A DNA stretch of 64,000 bases from a virus, in IMG/VR virus record IMGVR_UViG_3300031521_000011, positions 104,245-168,244 of that record. One strand, 5' to 3'. The position numbers and the translations under genes were made by a program. This document shows positions 42,917 through 52,982 of the stretch, piece by piece (the stretch's first letter is position 1; each line of letters opens with the position of its first letter). The notes beneath the pieces are model-generated. The model saw only the letters and a program-made list of their open reading frames with translations. It searched no databases and was not told the origin of the DNA.

Positions 42917-45900
42917 CTATTCCTCCTTCACAGATATTATTAAATCGCTATACTCCAATGACTGCATGCCTTGAACGTTTACCCAGAATTGCTCACTTAT
43001 GAGCATCTGAGTATTGTCTATGCAAATGAAAACTGGTATGTCTCCGTGACAGCCGGCGGTGCGCACGATACTCATTATAAGCTTGGTATCTTCCTCTACA
43101 TTCTTCAGCTTAATGTAGATGCGCTTTGAGAACCGGTCTTCCATATACTCCAGCTTCTCAACAATGATGTTGGGTGGGTCGTCATCACGATACCCTACAA
43201 AGCCGGATACGCACACGATTGCATCGTCAACCAGATACTGCTTGAACTTTGCATACTCCCTTGGAAAGATGACCAGTGGGATGTTGCCAAGCTCGTCCTC
43301 AAGATTGGCGAACCCCATCAGTTCCTTGTTCTTTTTAGTTGAAGTCTCACGGATGCTGTTTAGGATTCCAACCACCTTTACCTTCCGGCCCGGCGCAGCG
43401 CCGAATGTTCCGGTGGGAACTCCGTCATCACCGAGCTCTTCAGCAAACTCCGTACTGGAGATGTTGCTGACCTTGCGGATGTATGCCTTCACCACATCGA
43501 GGGGGTGTCCGGTCACATAAACCCCCATAGAACCTCTCTCAGCCTTCAGGAGTGCCTTCTTGGGCAACTCCAGTATATCTGGCAGTACATCGGTAGCTTC
43601 GATCACAGGCTCAAATAGGCGCGTCTGGATCGCTTTAAAGGTGGTCTTCTCATATAATTTCTTAGCTCCTCCAAGAATGTCGTACATCATACTGAGAAGC
43701 TGTGATCTCTTCACACCAAACTCATCAAATGCCCCACACCGGATTAGCCCCTCCACTACGTCTGAACTTATGTCTTTGCCGGTGCACCGATAAACGAAGT
43801 CTGTGAAGTTGCGGAATGGTGCACGCTTCCGCTCTTCCATGATTTGCCTCACCGGATTGATGCCAACACCTTTGGCGGCGACCAATGAGAATCGTATCTT
43901 CCCACTTTTAAGAGGAAGAAACTCCAGGCCGCCTTCATTGATTGATGGCGGAAGCAACTCGATACCAAGGTCATTTTCGCAGTGTGCGATATATATTGGC
44001 ATCTTATCGGCTTTTCCTGAGTTCATTGTCAGCAGTGCCGCCATGAACTCAGAAGGATAGTGTAACTTTAGCCAGCTTGTCCACGCTGCTACATAGGCAT
44101 AGGACGCCGCATGGGATTTGTTGAATGAATACTCACCGAACTTCTCGATGTCGTTATAGAATTCATTGAGACTCCGCTCATCATACCCAAGCGATAGCGC
44201 CCCGGGGATTGCAACGTATTTTCCGCTGGCTTCTCTGCCATGGATGAAGTACTGACGATGGTCATCGATTATCTTTTGAATTTTCTTGCCAGTTCCTTTA
44301 CGGATCTCATCAGCGGCAGACATTGGATATCCAGCGAGAATTTGCACTGCAAACATAACCTGTTCCTGATAAACAATAACACCGTAGGTTTCCTTTAAGA
44401 TTTCCCTTAAAGCCTCAAAGCGAAGTTTGATATGCTCCGGATCTCGCTTCCCGGCGATATACTGTGGGATGTAATCCATCGGGCCTGGACGGTATAGGGA
44501 TATAAGGGCTGTGACTTCCTCAACGTTTTGTGGTTGCATCTCCTTGGCGGTTGCAGTCATACCAGCGCCTTCGAGCTGGAATATACCCTGCGTCCTACCT
44601 TGAGCAATCAATTTATAGGAATCTGGATCGTCGACCATCTTCATCAGGTCGTCGTTCGAGATATGAACACCGTAATTTAATGCGATGTTCTTGATAGTGT
44701 TGGATACGACAGTGAGTGTCTTTAGTCCGAGCAAGTCAGCCTTCAGAAGCCCGAGGGTCTCAAGCGTATTCATGTCGTACTGAGCAACAATGCCATCCTT
44801 TGTTTTCCATACCGGAACATAATCCGTTGTTGGACCTGGCGTGATCAGTATGCCGGCAGCATGCGTGCTTGCGTTGGAAGGCAATCCTTCGATAGCCATG
44901 GCGACGTCCAGCAATTCTTTCCTCTCAGGGTCCGTATCATACCACCGTCTTAGGTCTGGCGACAAATCCAATGCTTTGGCGATTGTCATCTTAAGTTCCT
45001 TCGGAATTGCCTTAGAAACTTCATCACCAACACGATATGCGAGTCCAAGAGCCCTTGCTGATGCCCTTACAGCATTCCTTGCAGCGTAGGTACCGAATGT
45101 AATAATTTGAGAAATGTGATCGCGCCCGTACCTGCGAACCATGTACTCAATAAGCTGTTGCCGTAGGTCATCCTGAATGTCCCAATCAATATCAGGCGGA
45201 GAGAACCGGTCAGGATTCAGGAAGCGCTCAAAGATCAGATTGTATCTTATTGGGTCAACGTGCGTGATATATAGGGAATACGAGAGTAGCGAGCCGGCCC
45301 CGGAGCCACGCCCGGGGGATGGTATTGCTCCTAGAGTTGCGGCAAAGCTGACATAATCCCAGACGATCAGGAAATAATTCACGTATCCCATCCTGGAAAC
45401 AATACCAAGTTCATATTCCAGGCGATTCTTATAAAACTCCTCCCTCTCATGGTAGTCTGCAAACCTTTGCGGCAAACCTTTATATGCCAGATGCCTCAGA
45501 AACTCCTCTGAATCCTTGAACCCAAATGGAGGTTTGAAGTCCGGCAGAAGGAACTTGCCTGTCTGAAGCTCTACGTTGCAGCGCTCAGCAATAACATTAG
45601 TGTTTTCAATAGCGCTCTCCGGTAAGCAACTATCCCACATTTCCTTCGGTGACTTGAGGTAAAGGTCATTGGTACCGTAAACCTTTCTGTGTTTACTGGA
45701 GATGGCTGTTTTTGCGCCGATAGCCATGAGCGCATCGTGATACCGGGCACCTTCAGGCTCAATATAATGGACGTCATTTGTGGCCACCATGGGGATGCCG
45801 GTTTCCTCGGATAACTGAATCAGTAGCTTATTGAGCTCATACTGCTCAGGAATCTTGTTGTCCTGCAGCTCGATGTATACATTATCCCGACCAAAAATGT

Positions 45901-46423
45901 CGATGTATACATCGAGCTTTGACTTTGCCGCCTCAAGTCCATGAGCCATGATATCGCGGGGAACGTCTCCAGCCAAGCATGCCGTCAGCGCAATTAGTCC
46001 CTCACTATACTTGCGAAGGATACTGAAGTCCGTTCTTGGAGAGTAATAGAAGCCATTAAGGGAAGCATCGCTGATGATTTTCATTAGGTTTTGATAGCCG
46101 GTCATGTTTTTTGCCAACAGAACAAGATGCCGATTGTGCCTATCGTTGTCTGAAGCACCATCTTCATCGGCTGCCTTGCCCGGCCGGAAGGATTGTCCCT
46201 CTGGGCAGATGTAAGCCTCGCAGCCAAGAATTGGCTTTATACCTGCCTTCTTAGCTGCGAGGTAGAACTCTACCAGAGAGAACATGTTGCCGTGATCTGT
46301 AGATGCGATGGCGGTCATTCCAAACTCTTTTGCTTTTTTAACAAGATCATTAATCTTGCACATAGCATCGCCAATGCTATATTTAGTATGAACGTGGAGG
46401 TGAGAGAATTGATTGCTCCCCAT
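42917..46423 (-). CDS. dnaE: DNA polymerase III alpha subunit (family C)
   Basis: HLHVHTKYS PHP, GRGSGAGS, PPDIDWD, STHAAG, KADLLGL, FNKSHA, OB-fold; QTRLF clamp motif. Confidence 0.97.
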   Translation of the reverse strand: MGSNQFSHLHVHTKYSIGDAMCKINDLVKKAKEFGMTAIASTDHGNMFSLVEFYLAAKKAGIKPILGCEAYICPEGQSFRPGKAADEDGASDNDRHNRHLVLLAKNMTGYQNLMKIISDASLNGFYYSPRTDFSILRKYSEGLIALTACLAGDVPRDIMAHGLEAAKSKLDVYIDIFGRDNVYIELQDNKIPEQYELNKLLIQLSEETGIPMVATNDVHYIEPEGARYHDALMAIGAKTAISSKHRKVYGTNDLYLKSPKEMWDSCLPESAIENTNVIAERCNVELQTGKFLLPDFKPPFGFKDSEEFLRHLAYKGLPQRFADYHEREEFYKNRLEYELGIVSRMGYVNYFLIVWDYVSFAATLGAIPSPGRGSGAGSLLSYSLYITHVDPIRYNLIFERFLNPDRFSPPDIDWDIQDDLRQQLIEYMVRRYGRDHISQIITFGTYAARNAVRASARALGLAYRVGDEVSKAIPKELKMTIAKALDLSPDLRRWYDTDPERKELLDVAMAIEGLPSNASTHAAGILITPGPTTDYVPVWKTKDGIVAQYDMNTLETLGLLKADLLGLKTLTVVSNTIKNIALNYGVHISNDDLMKMVDDPDSYKLIAQGRTQGIFQLEGAGMTATAKEMQPQNVEEVTALISLYRPGPMDYIPQYIAGKRDPEHIKLRFEALREILKETYGVIVYQEQVMFAVQILAGYPMSAADEIRKGTGKKIQKIIDDHRQYFIHGREASGKYVAIPGALSLGYDERSLNEFYNDIEKFGEYSFNKSHAASYAYVAAWTSWLKLHYPSEFMAALLTMNSGKADKMPIYIAHCENDLGIELLPPSINEGGLEFLPLKSGKIRFSLVAAKGVGINPVRQIMEERKRAPFRNFTDFVYRCTGKDISSDVVEGLIRCGAFDEFGVKRSQLLSMMYDILGGAKKLYEKTTFKAIQTRLFEPVIEATDVLPDILELPKKALLKAERGSMGVYVTGHPLDVVKAYIRKVSNISSTEFAEELGDDGVPTGTFGAAPGRKVKVVGILNSIRETSTKKNKELMGFANLEDELGNIPLVIFPREYAKFKQYLVDDAIVCVSGFVGYRDDDPPNIIVEKLEYMEDRFSKRIYIKLKNVEEDTKLIMSIVRTAGCHGDIPVFICIDNTQMLISEQFWVNVQGMQSLEYSDLIISVKEE

Positions 46424-46438
46424 TCAGGAACCATCCCC

Positions 46439-47755
46439 TTACACTAGATTTTGCTTGATACGCTCGAGGTCATCCTTACCGATTTCACCGAAGCACACCG
46501 GGCACTTGCCGGCGGCAGCCACTGCATCCTGGTATCCACTTACACTTTCGTCAAAGGCATACTGTATGTTCTTGATAGTATTCGATGTGGTGCGCTGCCT
46601 CAGCTCCGTATTGATGAGCCTTGTTTGAATATCGAATACCTTCCCATGCCCCCTGACAATTGTCTGCAGATTATCAAATAGCAGTGAAGCCTCACCCATT
46701 CCATTGTAAGTATCGACAACAGTCTGATTTGTGTCAACCTTTTTCTTAGCCTCGGATAGGGCGCTTGTTTTATTTCTTATATTTCCATAGATTGCCAGTT
46801 TCTGCATAAGTTCATCAAGCTGGACAAGGAGTGTACCACAATCCTTGTATTTTTCTAGGGTAATATTTGCTGCATTCAGCCTACCCTGCTCATTTTCCCT
46901 TTTATTATAGACAGACAGGACGGCCTTGTAATTCATGAGTATGTCGGCCAGCTTGCTTACGTCGTCAGCCATGGTGTCAAATACCTGATAGGATTTGATG
47001 CGAGCTTCCTGGGCAGCCTGCTCTTGAGTTGCCTTCTGCCACCGGCTATCAAGAGCAAATACTGTCGTGAAATCATCGAATTCAAGTTCTAGCGCACTCA
47101 TCGCCAGCTTGACTTCACTGAGTACTTGCCCAATCGCATCAAGCCCGTCATACGCCTTTAACGACTCTTCCAGCTTGATGATATCCTTATCAAGGTCCGT
47201 CGTCTTGATTTTGTTGACTCTGACGTCGGAGTTCACATCCTTAATGGCGGCATCCAGGATTCCCGTGTGGGCTACAGCGCCAATCATATCAGCTCTGGTT
47301 CCGGAGCTCTCCTGCAGCATGAAGGGCCCGTCTAGCTGATCAGCCATGTTGAGTGAAACCACAGAGGAACCTATATTCACCTGTATCATCCCGTGGGCGA
47401 CCAGCACTTCCTCCGGCGGATTTACACCAAAAGATTCAAAATGCTGAGTCCTGCCATCAGGGTATGTGATGTCATATGCATTTGGCGACGTGACACCTCT
47501 GGTGCGGGTGATGATTGTTCCATCGCTGAACTCAGCGATTACGATACACTTGGTAGCGCCGTTGCGGATGTATTCGGTGCCGGACGGCTTGTTGTACAGC
47601 ACCCACTTGATAGCACGCACGATAGCGCTTTTGCCATTATCTGTGGGGCCAACGATGGCGTTCATAAAGTCATCAAAAAGGACCGTCGTCGATTCGTGGC
47701 TTTGGAAATTGATCAGAGCCAGTTTGACCAGGCGCTTGGGTTGGAATTTCCTCAT
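46439..47755 (-). CDS. sbcC: SbcC/Rad50-like ATPase, N-terminal half ending in Zn hook
   Basis: INFQSH, GPTDNGKS Walker A, coiled coil, terminal CPVC. Confidence 0.85.
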   Translation of the reverse strand: MRKFQPKRLVKLALINFQSHESTTVLFDDFMNAIVGPTDNGKSAIVRAIKWVLYNKPSGTEYIRNGATKCIVIAEFSDGTIITRTRGVTSPNAYDITYPDGRTQHFESFGVNPPEEVLVAHGMIQVNIGSSVVSLNMADQLDGPFMLQESSGTRADMIGAVAHTGILDAAIKDVNSDVRVNKIKTTDLDKDIIKLEESLKAYDGLDAIGQVLSEVKLAMSALELEFDDFTTVFALDSRWQKATQEQAAQEARIKSYQVFDTMADDVSKLADILMNYKAVLSVYNKRENEQGRLNAANITLEKYKDCGTLLVQLDELMQKLAIYGNIRNKTSALSEAKKKVDTNQTVVDTYNGMGEASLLFDNLQTIVRGHGKVFDIQTRLINTELRQRTTSNTIKNIQYAFDESVSGYQDAVAAAGKCPVCFGEIGKDDLERIKQNLV

Positions 47756-48023
47756 AATTACCTACCTCCTCACGATATTTTTTCTCAAATTCAATGAGAG
47801 TCTTAATTTGGGCATCTATGTGTTTGCGAGCAGCGTCTGAATAGCGGTAAGAATATCCAATTATACATCCGCCAATAGCAATTTGAGTGTCACCATAAAG
47901 GAACTCATATGAATAGCAGTTATTCGGACACACTTGCTGTTCTTCGCATACACCGAAATTCTCAGTATACACCGAGACCTTCATGTCGGCACCACATATC
48001 GGGCATGGGTGACCATCATTCAT
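47673..48023 (-). CDS. Zn-ribbon hypothetical protein
   Basis: CPICG...CPNNC; overlaps the sbcC-N start. Confidence 0.45.
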   Translation of the reverse strand: MNDGHPCPICGADMKVSVYTENFGVCEEQQVCPNNCYSYEFLYGDTQIAIGGCIIGYSYRYSDAARKHIDAQIKTLIEFEKKYREEVGNYEEIPTQAPGQTGSDQFPKPRIDDGPF

Positions 48024-48751
48024 TTTTTAGAATCCTCCTTCACTTTGATAGCCCTGTGTACTATGTCGAAAATCGGCTCATCATTCATATTTCCGACAGA
48101 TTGTTCTTTCTGGCTTTCGTAGGAATAGTCACATCCGAACATCACATCTCCGATAGCGCTGATATATAACACATCAACATTAACTTCCTGATCAGTGAAG
48201 GTGTTCATGGAATACTGGTCTTGCGCCATAGAATCACCGAGTCCCCACTCGATTGCATTGCCTTCCTCGATGAGGTGCTCTCCCTCTATATTGACTTTAT
48301 CGTACGGCCTATAAAACACCAGCGCTTTATATTTTGATTGCGCAACCATGTCGCACTGCTCATGAAATGGATCCTCAGAAACAGCAAGACCACAGTAAGC
48401 GTCTTCAAGTGTTCTAATCATCACCATATGCCCATAGAGACTAATGAGAGAATCTACCATTTCTTCACTGTACACTTTGGCATTTGTGACGATGTAAAAT
48501 CCATCCACATCAATTTTTCTATAAATGATGCGATCCACAAAATACTTGATAACATTGGATGCAAGGCTAGGTTCTCCGCCAGTAAATGCGATGCTGGAAA
48601 ATGTAACCTGGTCCAGTATACTGTCGATCATTTCAAATCCCATATCGCGAGGCTCTGCTGGACCACGCAGGCAATGCCGACATTCCATATTGCAGCGCCG
48701 GGTCACTTCCACAACCAGGTTGCTACAGAGTGTTCTGCGATCCCTAGTCAT
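48020..48751 (-). CDS. Stand-alone radical SAM protein
   Basis: VEVTRRCNMECRHC; AFTGGEP; IVTNA. Confidence 0.85.
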   Translation of the reverse strand: MTRDRRTLCSNLVVEVTRRCNMECRHCLRGPAEPRDMGFEMIDSILDQVTFSSIAFTGGEPSLASNVIKYFVDRIIYRKIDVDGFYIVTNAKVYSEEMVDSLISLYGHMVMIRTLEDAYCGLAVSEDPFHEQCDMVAQSKYKALVFYRPYDKVNIEGEHLIEEGNAIEWGLGDSMAQDQYSMNTFTDQEVNVDVLYISAIGDVMFGCDYSYESQKEQSVGNMNDEPIFDIVHRAIKVKEDSKK

Positions 48752-48982
48752 TTACTTGAATCTCTCCCTTCTAACCCCATGTTCGATACCTTTTTCATAC
48801 CAACGCTTGTAGATATCACCAACTTCGCCGAGGCAGTTTTTACACTGCCATTTCTTGTCGTATGGTTTTTGCGGAGTGATGTCCGTCACGAACTCATGAT
48901 ATTTGCAGGAATCAAGCTTTCTATGGTTTGCCTGAACCTGTTCCCATATTTTTCTACTATCCACGTTCACCATTTGTCCCAT
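48752..48982 (-). CDS. Small Zn-binding phage protein
   Basis: SCKYHEF...WQCKNC. Confidence 0.55.
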   Translation of the reverse strand: MGQMVNVDSRKIWEQVQANHRKLDSCKYHEFVTDITPQKPYDKKWQCKNCLGEVGDIYKRWYEKGIEHGVRRERFK

Positions 48983-49209
48983 TCATCCTCCCGGCCAGCG
49001 TTATATATTCGTTCACAGTGAATTTCCATCCATTTACAGGTCCATATTGGAGATGTTTTGTTTGGCCACTCCAGTTTTCCTTTTCCCGTACCGAACGCAT
49101 AGCAATCAATGCATTTCGGTACGGGCGGATTTTTTAAACTGCAGTCATCGCAGCTTCTTTTTTTGAAGATAGGGCATTCGTCATTGCATAACCTTTGCCT
49201 CAGATCCAT
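48967..49209 (-). CDS. Small Cys-rich protein
   Basis: Several CxxC pairs; SD GAGG. Confidence 0.5.
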   Translation of the reverse strand: MDLRQRLCNDECPIFKKRSCDDCSLKNPPVPKCIDCYAFGTGKGKLEWPNKTSPIWTCKWMEIHCERIYNAGREDEWDKW

Positions 49210-49241
49210 CGTAATACCTCACTACACGCTCCAGGAGCGCC

Positions 49242-50240
49242 TCAGATACGCTCCATTGCCCCTAGTATGCTTATTATGCTGAAGTCTATCCCTGCTGTAG
49301 CGTCGTTCGCCTGAGCGCATCCAGCGATCTTAGCGTCTATAGCATCACTAAAGTGCAAAAGCGTGTCCTCCAGCGTCTTTGGCCGCGGCACTCCCCAAAT
49401 ACCATGATGGGATAGAACGCTCTGCTGAAGGTCACGAAGCTGCTCGGCATCCAAGCCGTCAGCACCAAGGCTGTCGTTGATGTCGTCAGAGAAGCTGATA
49501 AAGGTGAATCTATGGTCCATCAGCACGTTTTTGCGATAGATACCTGTCTTGAACTCATATTCTTTAGTCTTGCAGATATCATGAAGGATTGCTTTGGCGC
49601 GCAGCCGGCTGGGGTTGATGACGGATGATGCGTCAGTGCAGCCGATCAGCGCAGAGTCGCAGTAGCAGTAATTCTGAATTATGCAATCAATCATTGTCAG
49701 CACGCCAAAGGTATGTACGAACAGGCCGCCCTGCTTGTTCTGATGATGTTTACTGGCAGCTACGCAGGTTGTGAAGTCTTTCCAGCGTTCTCTCTCTTCT
49801 GCGCTTTGATAGACTTCTCCACCATCCTGGTAGCCTATCGCCGCTCGTACAAAGCGCTGGTACGGCTGATCCAATGCGGCAACAATCCTGCCAAAACACT
49901 CCCACATGCTTTCAGGTATGTCGTATTTTGCGATGTATAGCGACATATCCTCTTTCATCGGATCCAGAACTTCAAAACCCTCAGGATTAATTTGTCTCTT
50001 TCCTTGATACTCACCCACCGCCCCGATGACGCGAATGAGATCGCCTTGCTTGAGTTTCTCATTGCGCTCTTCGACCTTTTTCCATACAGGAAACTCTATG
50101 ACAGCATCCGAGTCGCCAAGTAGGATTGTGAGGTACTGGGTGCTATTCGCCCCATATGACCTAAGAGACTTGCTTTGAATAACTCCATTAACATCACAGT
50201 AGGAGTTCAGTGGTGCATCGAATATTTCACTTATTCGCAT
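49242..50240 (-). CDS. OB-fold + HD-domain nuclease (YhaM/Cbf1-like 3'-5' exoribonuclease)
   Basis: AASKHHQ..GGLFVHT, ILHDICK, SHHG, LHFSDAIDAK; start ATG 50240 after GGAGG. Confidence 0.8.
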   Translation of the reverse strand: MRISEIFDAPLNSYCDVNGVIQSKSLRSYGANSTQYLTILLGDSDAVIEFPVWKKVEERNEKLKQGDLIRVIGAVGEYQGKRQINPEGFEVLDPMKEDMSLYIAKYDIPESMWECFGRIVAALDQPYQRFVRAAIGYQDGGEVYQSAEERERWKDFTTCVAASKHHQNKQGGLFVHTFGVLTMIDCIIQNYCYCDSALIGCTDASSVINPSRLRAKAILHDICKTKEYEFKTGIYRKNVLMDHRFTFISFSDDINDSLGADGLDAEQLRDLQQSVLSHHGIWGVPRPKTLEDTLLHFSDAIDAKIAGCAQANDATAGIDFSIISILGAMERI

Positions 50241-50263
50241 ATGTATCCTCCAAAAAATAGAAT

Positions 50264-50294
50264 TTGCCGGGTACGATAGGTTCGTACCCGGCAA
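50264..50294 (-). terminator. Rho-independent terminator
   Basis: 13-bp stem TTGCCGGGTACGA / TCGTACCCGGCAA with a T-rich tail on the - strand. Confidence 0.65.
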
Positions 50295-50299
50295 TGTTA

Positions 50300-51352
50300 T
50301 CAGGCTGCGAGCTTCAATTCAAGTATTGTTCCGGCGAATCTTTCCATGTCCAGTCTGGTTTCGTAGGGATATGCCTGGGCGGCTGCCGTAATGGCCGAGA
50401 TTATGCCATACTTGGATGTATCGGGATTCATGGCATATTTTTCCATTATTTTATTTCTGATACCTTCGGTGAAATTGTTGTTTTTCTTCTCGATGAGGTT
50501 GATGAGAATGCCTGTGGGGTTCACAAGAATCTCATTGCGGCTATCAGCAAACAGCTGAACCTGGCGGCCGCCTTCAGCCAGAGCTATCTGGGTGGCTGCT
50601 TTGAATTCCGCCATCAGATCAGCAGGGTCGCCGAGATGGCGCTTATTGAAGAGAGGCTTGCCGCCAATAGGACGGAAGCAACCATTCCGGCACCACTGGT
50701 CATGAACGATAAGCTCCAGGCGAGCATTGAAGTTTCCGGTTTCGCCGTTGGCGCAGTGCAGCCCGGCGAAGAAGATGTTCGGCTTGCCGTCCGGAGTTTG
50801 GCCAGCATCAAGATATATCTTATCAAGCAGCAGGCGGGCATTGAACATATCTTCACTGAAGCTGTAATCATCAATCAGATAGCTCGTGCCGGCGATGGCT
50901 TCATTGAAGGCTGGGACAACATCCTTATTGTCCATAATGCCATACTTGCTCGAAAGGAAAGCCCGGGCCACCTGGTTGTCTCCTTCAGTGCGCGCGCGAA
51001 TCAACACCTCACTATTGCCGCCCTCGTTCATATACTGCTCTTTCCAGTAATCGAAATGGGGCTGCAGAAGCTCAACAGGGCACTTCTTGGCATACTGGGC
51101 CGGTATGCCAACCTTTGACATGAGCTGGGTGAAGGAATGGGGCGTTGTATCCATTACCCTCTTGCCGGTGAGGTCCACGATTTCAATGGCGCCCGTTATG
51201 CCATTATTGGATAACTGGAGGCCGCTGATATCTGTTTTGAAGTCATACTTGCCAGCGTCATCGGCGGCGACTCTCTCAATCACCTTGTCGAACTTCTCCT
51301 GCTTGGCTGCCCTCTCCCCTGGGGTCATTGCATTGATGTTTTTGATATTCAT
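50300..51352 (-). CDS. DUF932/DUF945-family protein
   Basis: ARAFLSSKY..MDN, NGETG, WCRNG. Confidence 0.7.
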   Translation of the reverse strand: MNIKNINAMTPGERAAKQEKFDKVIERVAADDAGKYDFKTDISGLQLSNNGITGAIEIVDLTGKRVMDTTPHSFTQLMSKVGIPAQYAKKCPVELLQPHFDYWKEQYMNEGGNSEVLIRARTEGDNQVARAFLSSKYGIMDNKDVVPAFNEAIAGTSYLIDDYSFSEDMFNARLLLDKIYLDAGQTPDGKPNIFFAGLHCANGETGNFNARLELIVHDQWCRNGCFRPIGGKPLFNKRHLGDPADLMAEFKAATQIALAEGGRQVQLFADSRNEILVNPTGILINLIEKKNNNFTEGIRNKIMEKYAMNPDTSKYGIISAITAAAQAYPYETRLDMERFAGTILELKLAA

Positions 51353-51723
51353 CTGAGAATTCTCCTCCTGATTTCGATTTTTTCTTTAATTTCCTTGGTG
51401 TAAGGTACAACCTTGAAGTTTACGCCGGGATAGATGATTGCCAAGATCCTGAATGTGGCCACAACATCCTGAGGACCATCAAGAATAAGGGGACCATACT
51501 TCGGAATCATCAGTGGATCGCTGGTGGCCATGACCACAATTAAAGACATGGCATGGATATCCACCTGCTCTTTACTGGCAACAATGTACTGGCCGTCACC
51601 CTTCTTGAAGACATAAGCCATGCCCTCCTTTTCCACAAGGTCATTGATAAGGGTGGCAAGCTTCTCTGACGGCTTTGACTCAGTAGAGTCCGTCGCGCCG
51701 GTATCTGTGTTCTCGCTGCTCAT
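51349..51723 (-). CDS. Hypothetical protein
   Basis: GGAGG SD before ATG 51723. Confidence 0.55.
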   Translation of the reverse strand: MSSENTDTGATDSTESKPSEKLATLINDLVEKEGMAYVFKKGDGQYIVASKEQVDIHAMSLIVVMATSDPLMIPKYGPLILDGPQDVVATFRILAIIYPGVNFKVVPYTKEIKEKIEIRRRILR

Positions 51724-52003
51724 CTGTTTCCTCCGTTCCGCCTTCAATCTGAAGGCGCCTTATCAGATCGTCTATCTCAATGCGATTCATATGAGACGGA
51801 TGCCAGTCATGGACCTGGTCGCTATCGTAACCAACTAAGCCGCCAAGCATGTAGACGTACTGCACTTGTTTTCTGGTTGCCGGCTTAAGGAACCAAAGAT
51901 CGGGATCCAGCTTGTCTGGATCAATCTTTAACCCATCTGCCTTAAGCTTTTGAATAGATGGTGCGAGGTCCTTTCTGTTGAGCTTCTCAAGGTCTGAAAT
52001 CAA
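51680..52003 (-). CDS. Hypothetical protein
   Basis: AAGGAGG SD before TTG; PATRKQ motif. Confidence 0.5.
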   Translation of the reverse strand: MISDLEKLNRKDLAPSIQKLKADGLKIDPDKLDPDLWFLKPATRKQVQYVYMLGGLVGYDSDQVHDWHPSHMNRIEIDDLIRRLQIEGGTEETDEQREHRYRRDGLY

Positions 52004-52028
52004 CTATGTATTCCCTCCTTAATAAAAT

Positions 52029-52050
52029 AAGCTGCAGTATACTGCAGCTT
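52029..52050 (-). terminator. 22-bp perfect palindrome, probable terminator after the Leu tRNAs
   Basis: AAGCTGCAGTA|TACTGCAGCTT followed by ATTTTATT on the - strand. Confidence 0.55.
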
Positions 52051-52057
52051 TAATTTT

Positions 52058-52133
52058 TGGTGCGGGTGGTGGGACTCGAACCCACGGATAGCCGCTTTTG
52101 AGGCGGCCGCGTCTGCCGTTGCGCCACACCCGC
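52058..52133 (-). tRNA. tRNA-Leu(CAA), short variable arm
   Basis: GCCGC-CT CAA AA-GCGGC; Leu-type D arm; TTCGA; ACCA; 76 nt. Confidence 0.85.
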
Positions 52134-52134
52134 A

Positions 52135-52221
52135 TGGTAGGGGATGCGGGATTTGAACCCGCACGACCTCTCAGTCAGTGGATTTTAAGTCCCCTGCGTC
52201 TGCCAATTTCGCCAATCCCCC
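52135..52221 (-). tRNA. tRNA-Leu(TAA)
   Basis: CT TAA AA loop, long V arm, ACCA. Confidence 0.92.
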
Positions 52222-52225
52222 TTAT

Positions 52226-52708
52226 CTACTTCAAATACCTTTGCTTGCACTTCAGTTTAGGATATTGTTCAAATAAATCCCAAATGGGAATCCTATTTGA
52301 TAGCAATGCTTTATCAATCTCACTCTTTGTGCAAACCGCGATCTCAATTGTACTACCTGTTGGCACATCATGTCCGGAGGATATGAACTTAATACCTTCT
52401 TCGCTGACGTATAATCGAGTACTGCCCAAATGATGACCGTCCATAACTCGGTTAGCCATGTCATTAATGCAGCCGCAAACCAGATACCCAGTATCTCCGG
52501 TATAATCACAGTTTAAGGCCCGCATAATATACCTGGTGCCCTTCTTTTTATCTGCTCGATATATCATCTGTTCAAGCACTGGGGTAATTGGATTTTCCCA
52601 AGCCCTCTTTCCTTGAGACCATTCAGCGAAATTAATTTCAGAATCAAATTCGGCAATCAATTTTTCCATATCATTCTCCTTTATCCTCATAGCAGGTACC
52701 ACCACCAT
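52226..52708 (-). CDS. Hypothetical protein (start uncertain, probably ATG 52669)
   Basis: AAGGAG SD before MEKLIAEF. Confidence 0.5.
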   Translation of the reverse strand: MVVVPAMRIKENDMEKLIAEFDSEINFAEWSQGKRAWENPITPVLEQMIYRADKKKGTRYIMRALNCDYTGDTGYLVCGCINDMANRVMDGHHLGSTRLYVSEEGIKFISSGHDVPTGSTIEIAVCTKSEIDKALLSNRIPIWDLFEQYPKLKCKQRYLK

Positions 52709-52891
52709 TCCTCTTCAAACCACTTATTCACAAGTTCCTTGTCAGCCTTATCTTGCTTCACCAATTCTTTTAGAAATGCGATACCTTCCTCTTCACTTAC
52801 CTCTACACCGAAGAGCGTCCAGGGTCGTGGATTCTCGACTATTTTAGGATTGTCATTTTCCATTCATTGCCTCCTAAAAACAAACAATTAT

Positions 52892-52969
52892 AGGACCCGG
52901 AGGAATTCGGACCCTCGACTTCCTGCCCCGTACGTTAGGCTGGCACTCTATCCACTGAGCTACGGGCCC
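52892..52969 (-). ncRNA. tRNA-like RNA, Arg-type D arm, enlarged anticodon loop
   Basis: GGGCCCG TAGCTCAGTGGATAGAGT..CCAGCC-10 nt-GGCAGG..GAGGG TCCGAAT TCCTC CGGGTCC. Confidence 0.6.
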
Positions 52970-52982
52970 GAGGGGAGCCCGA

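Noticed and set aside
42917-46423. Intein or intron in dnaE
   Set aside because: Continuous 1168-aa canonical DnaE with no HN|C/S/T junction or extra segment
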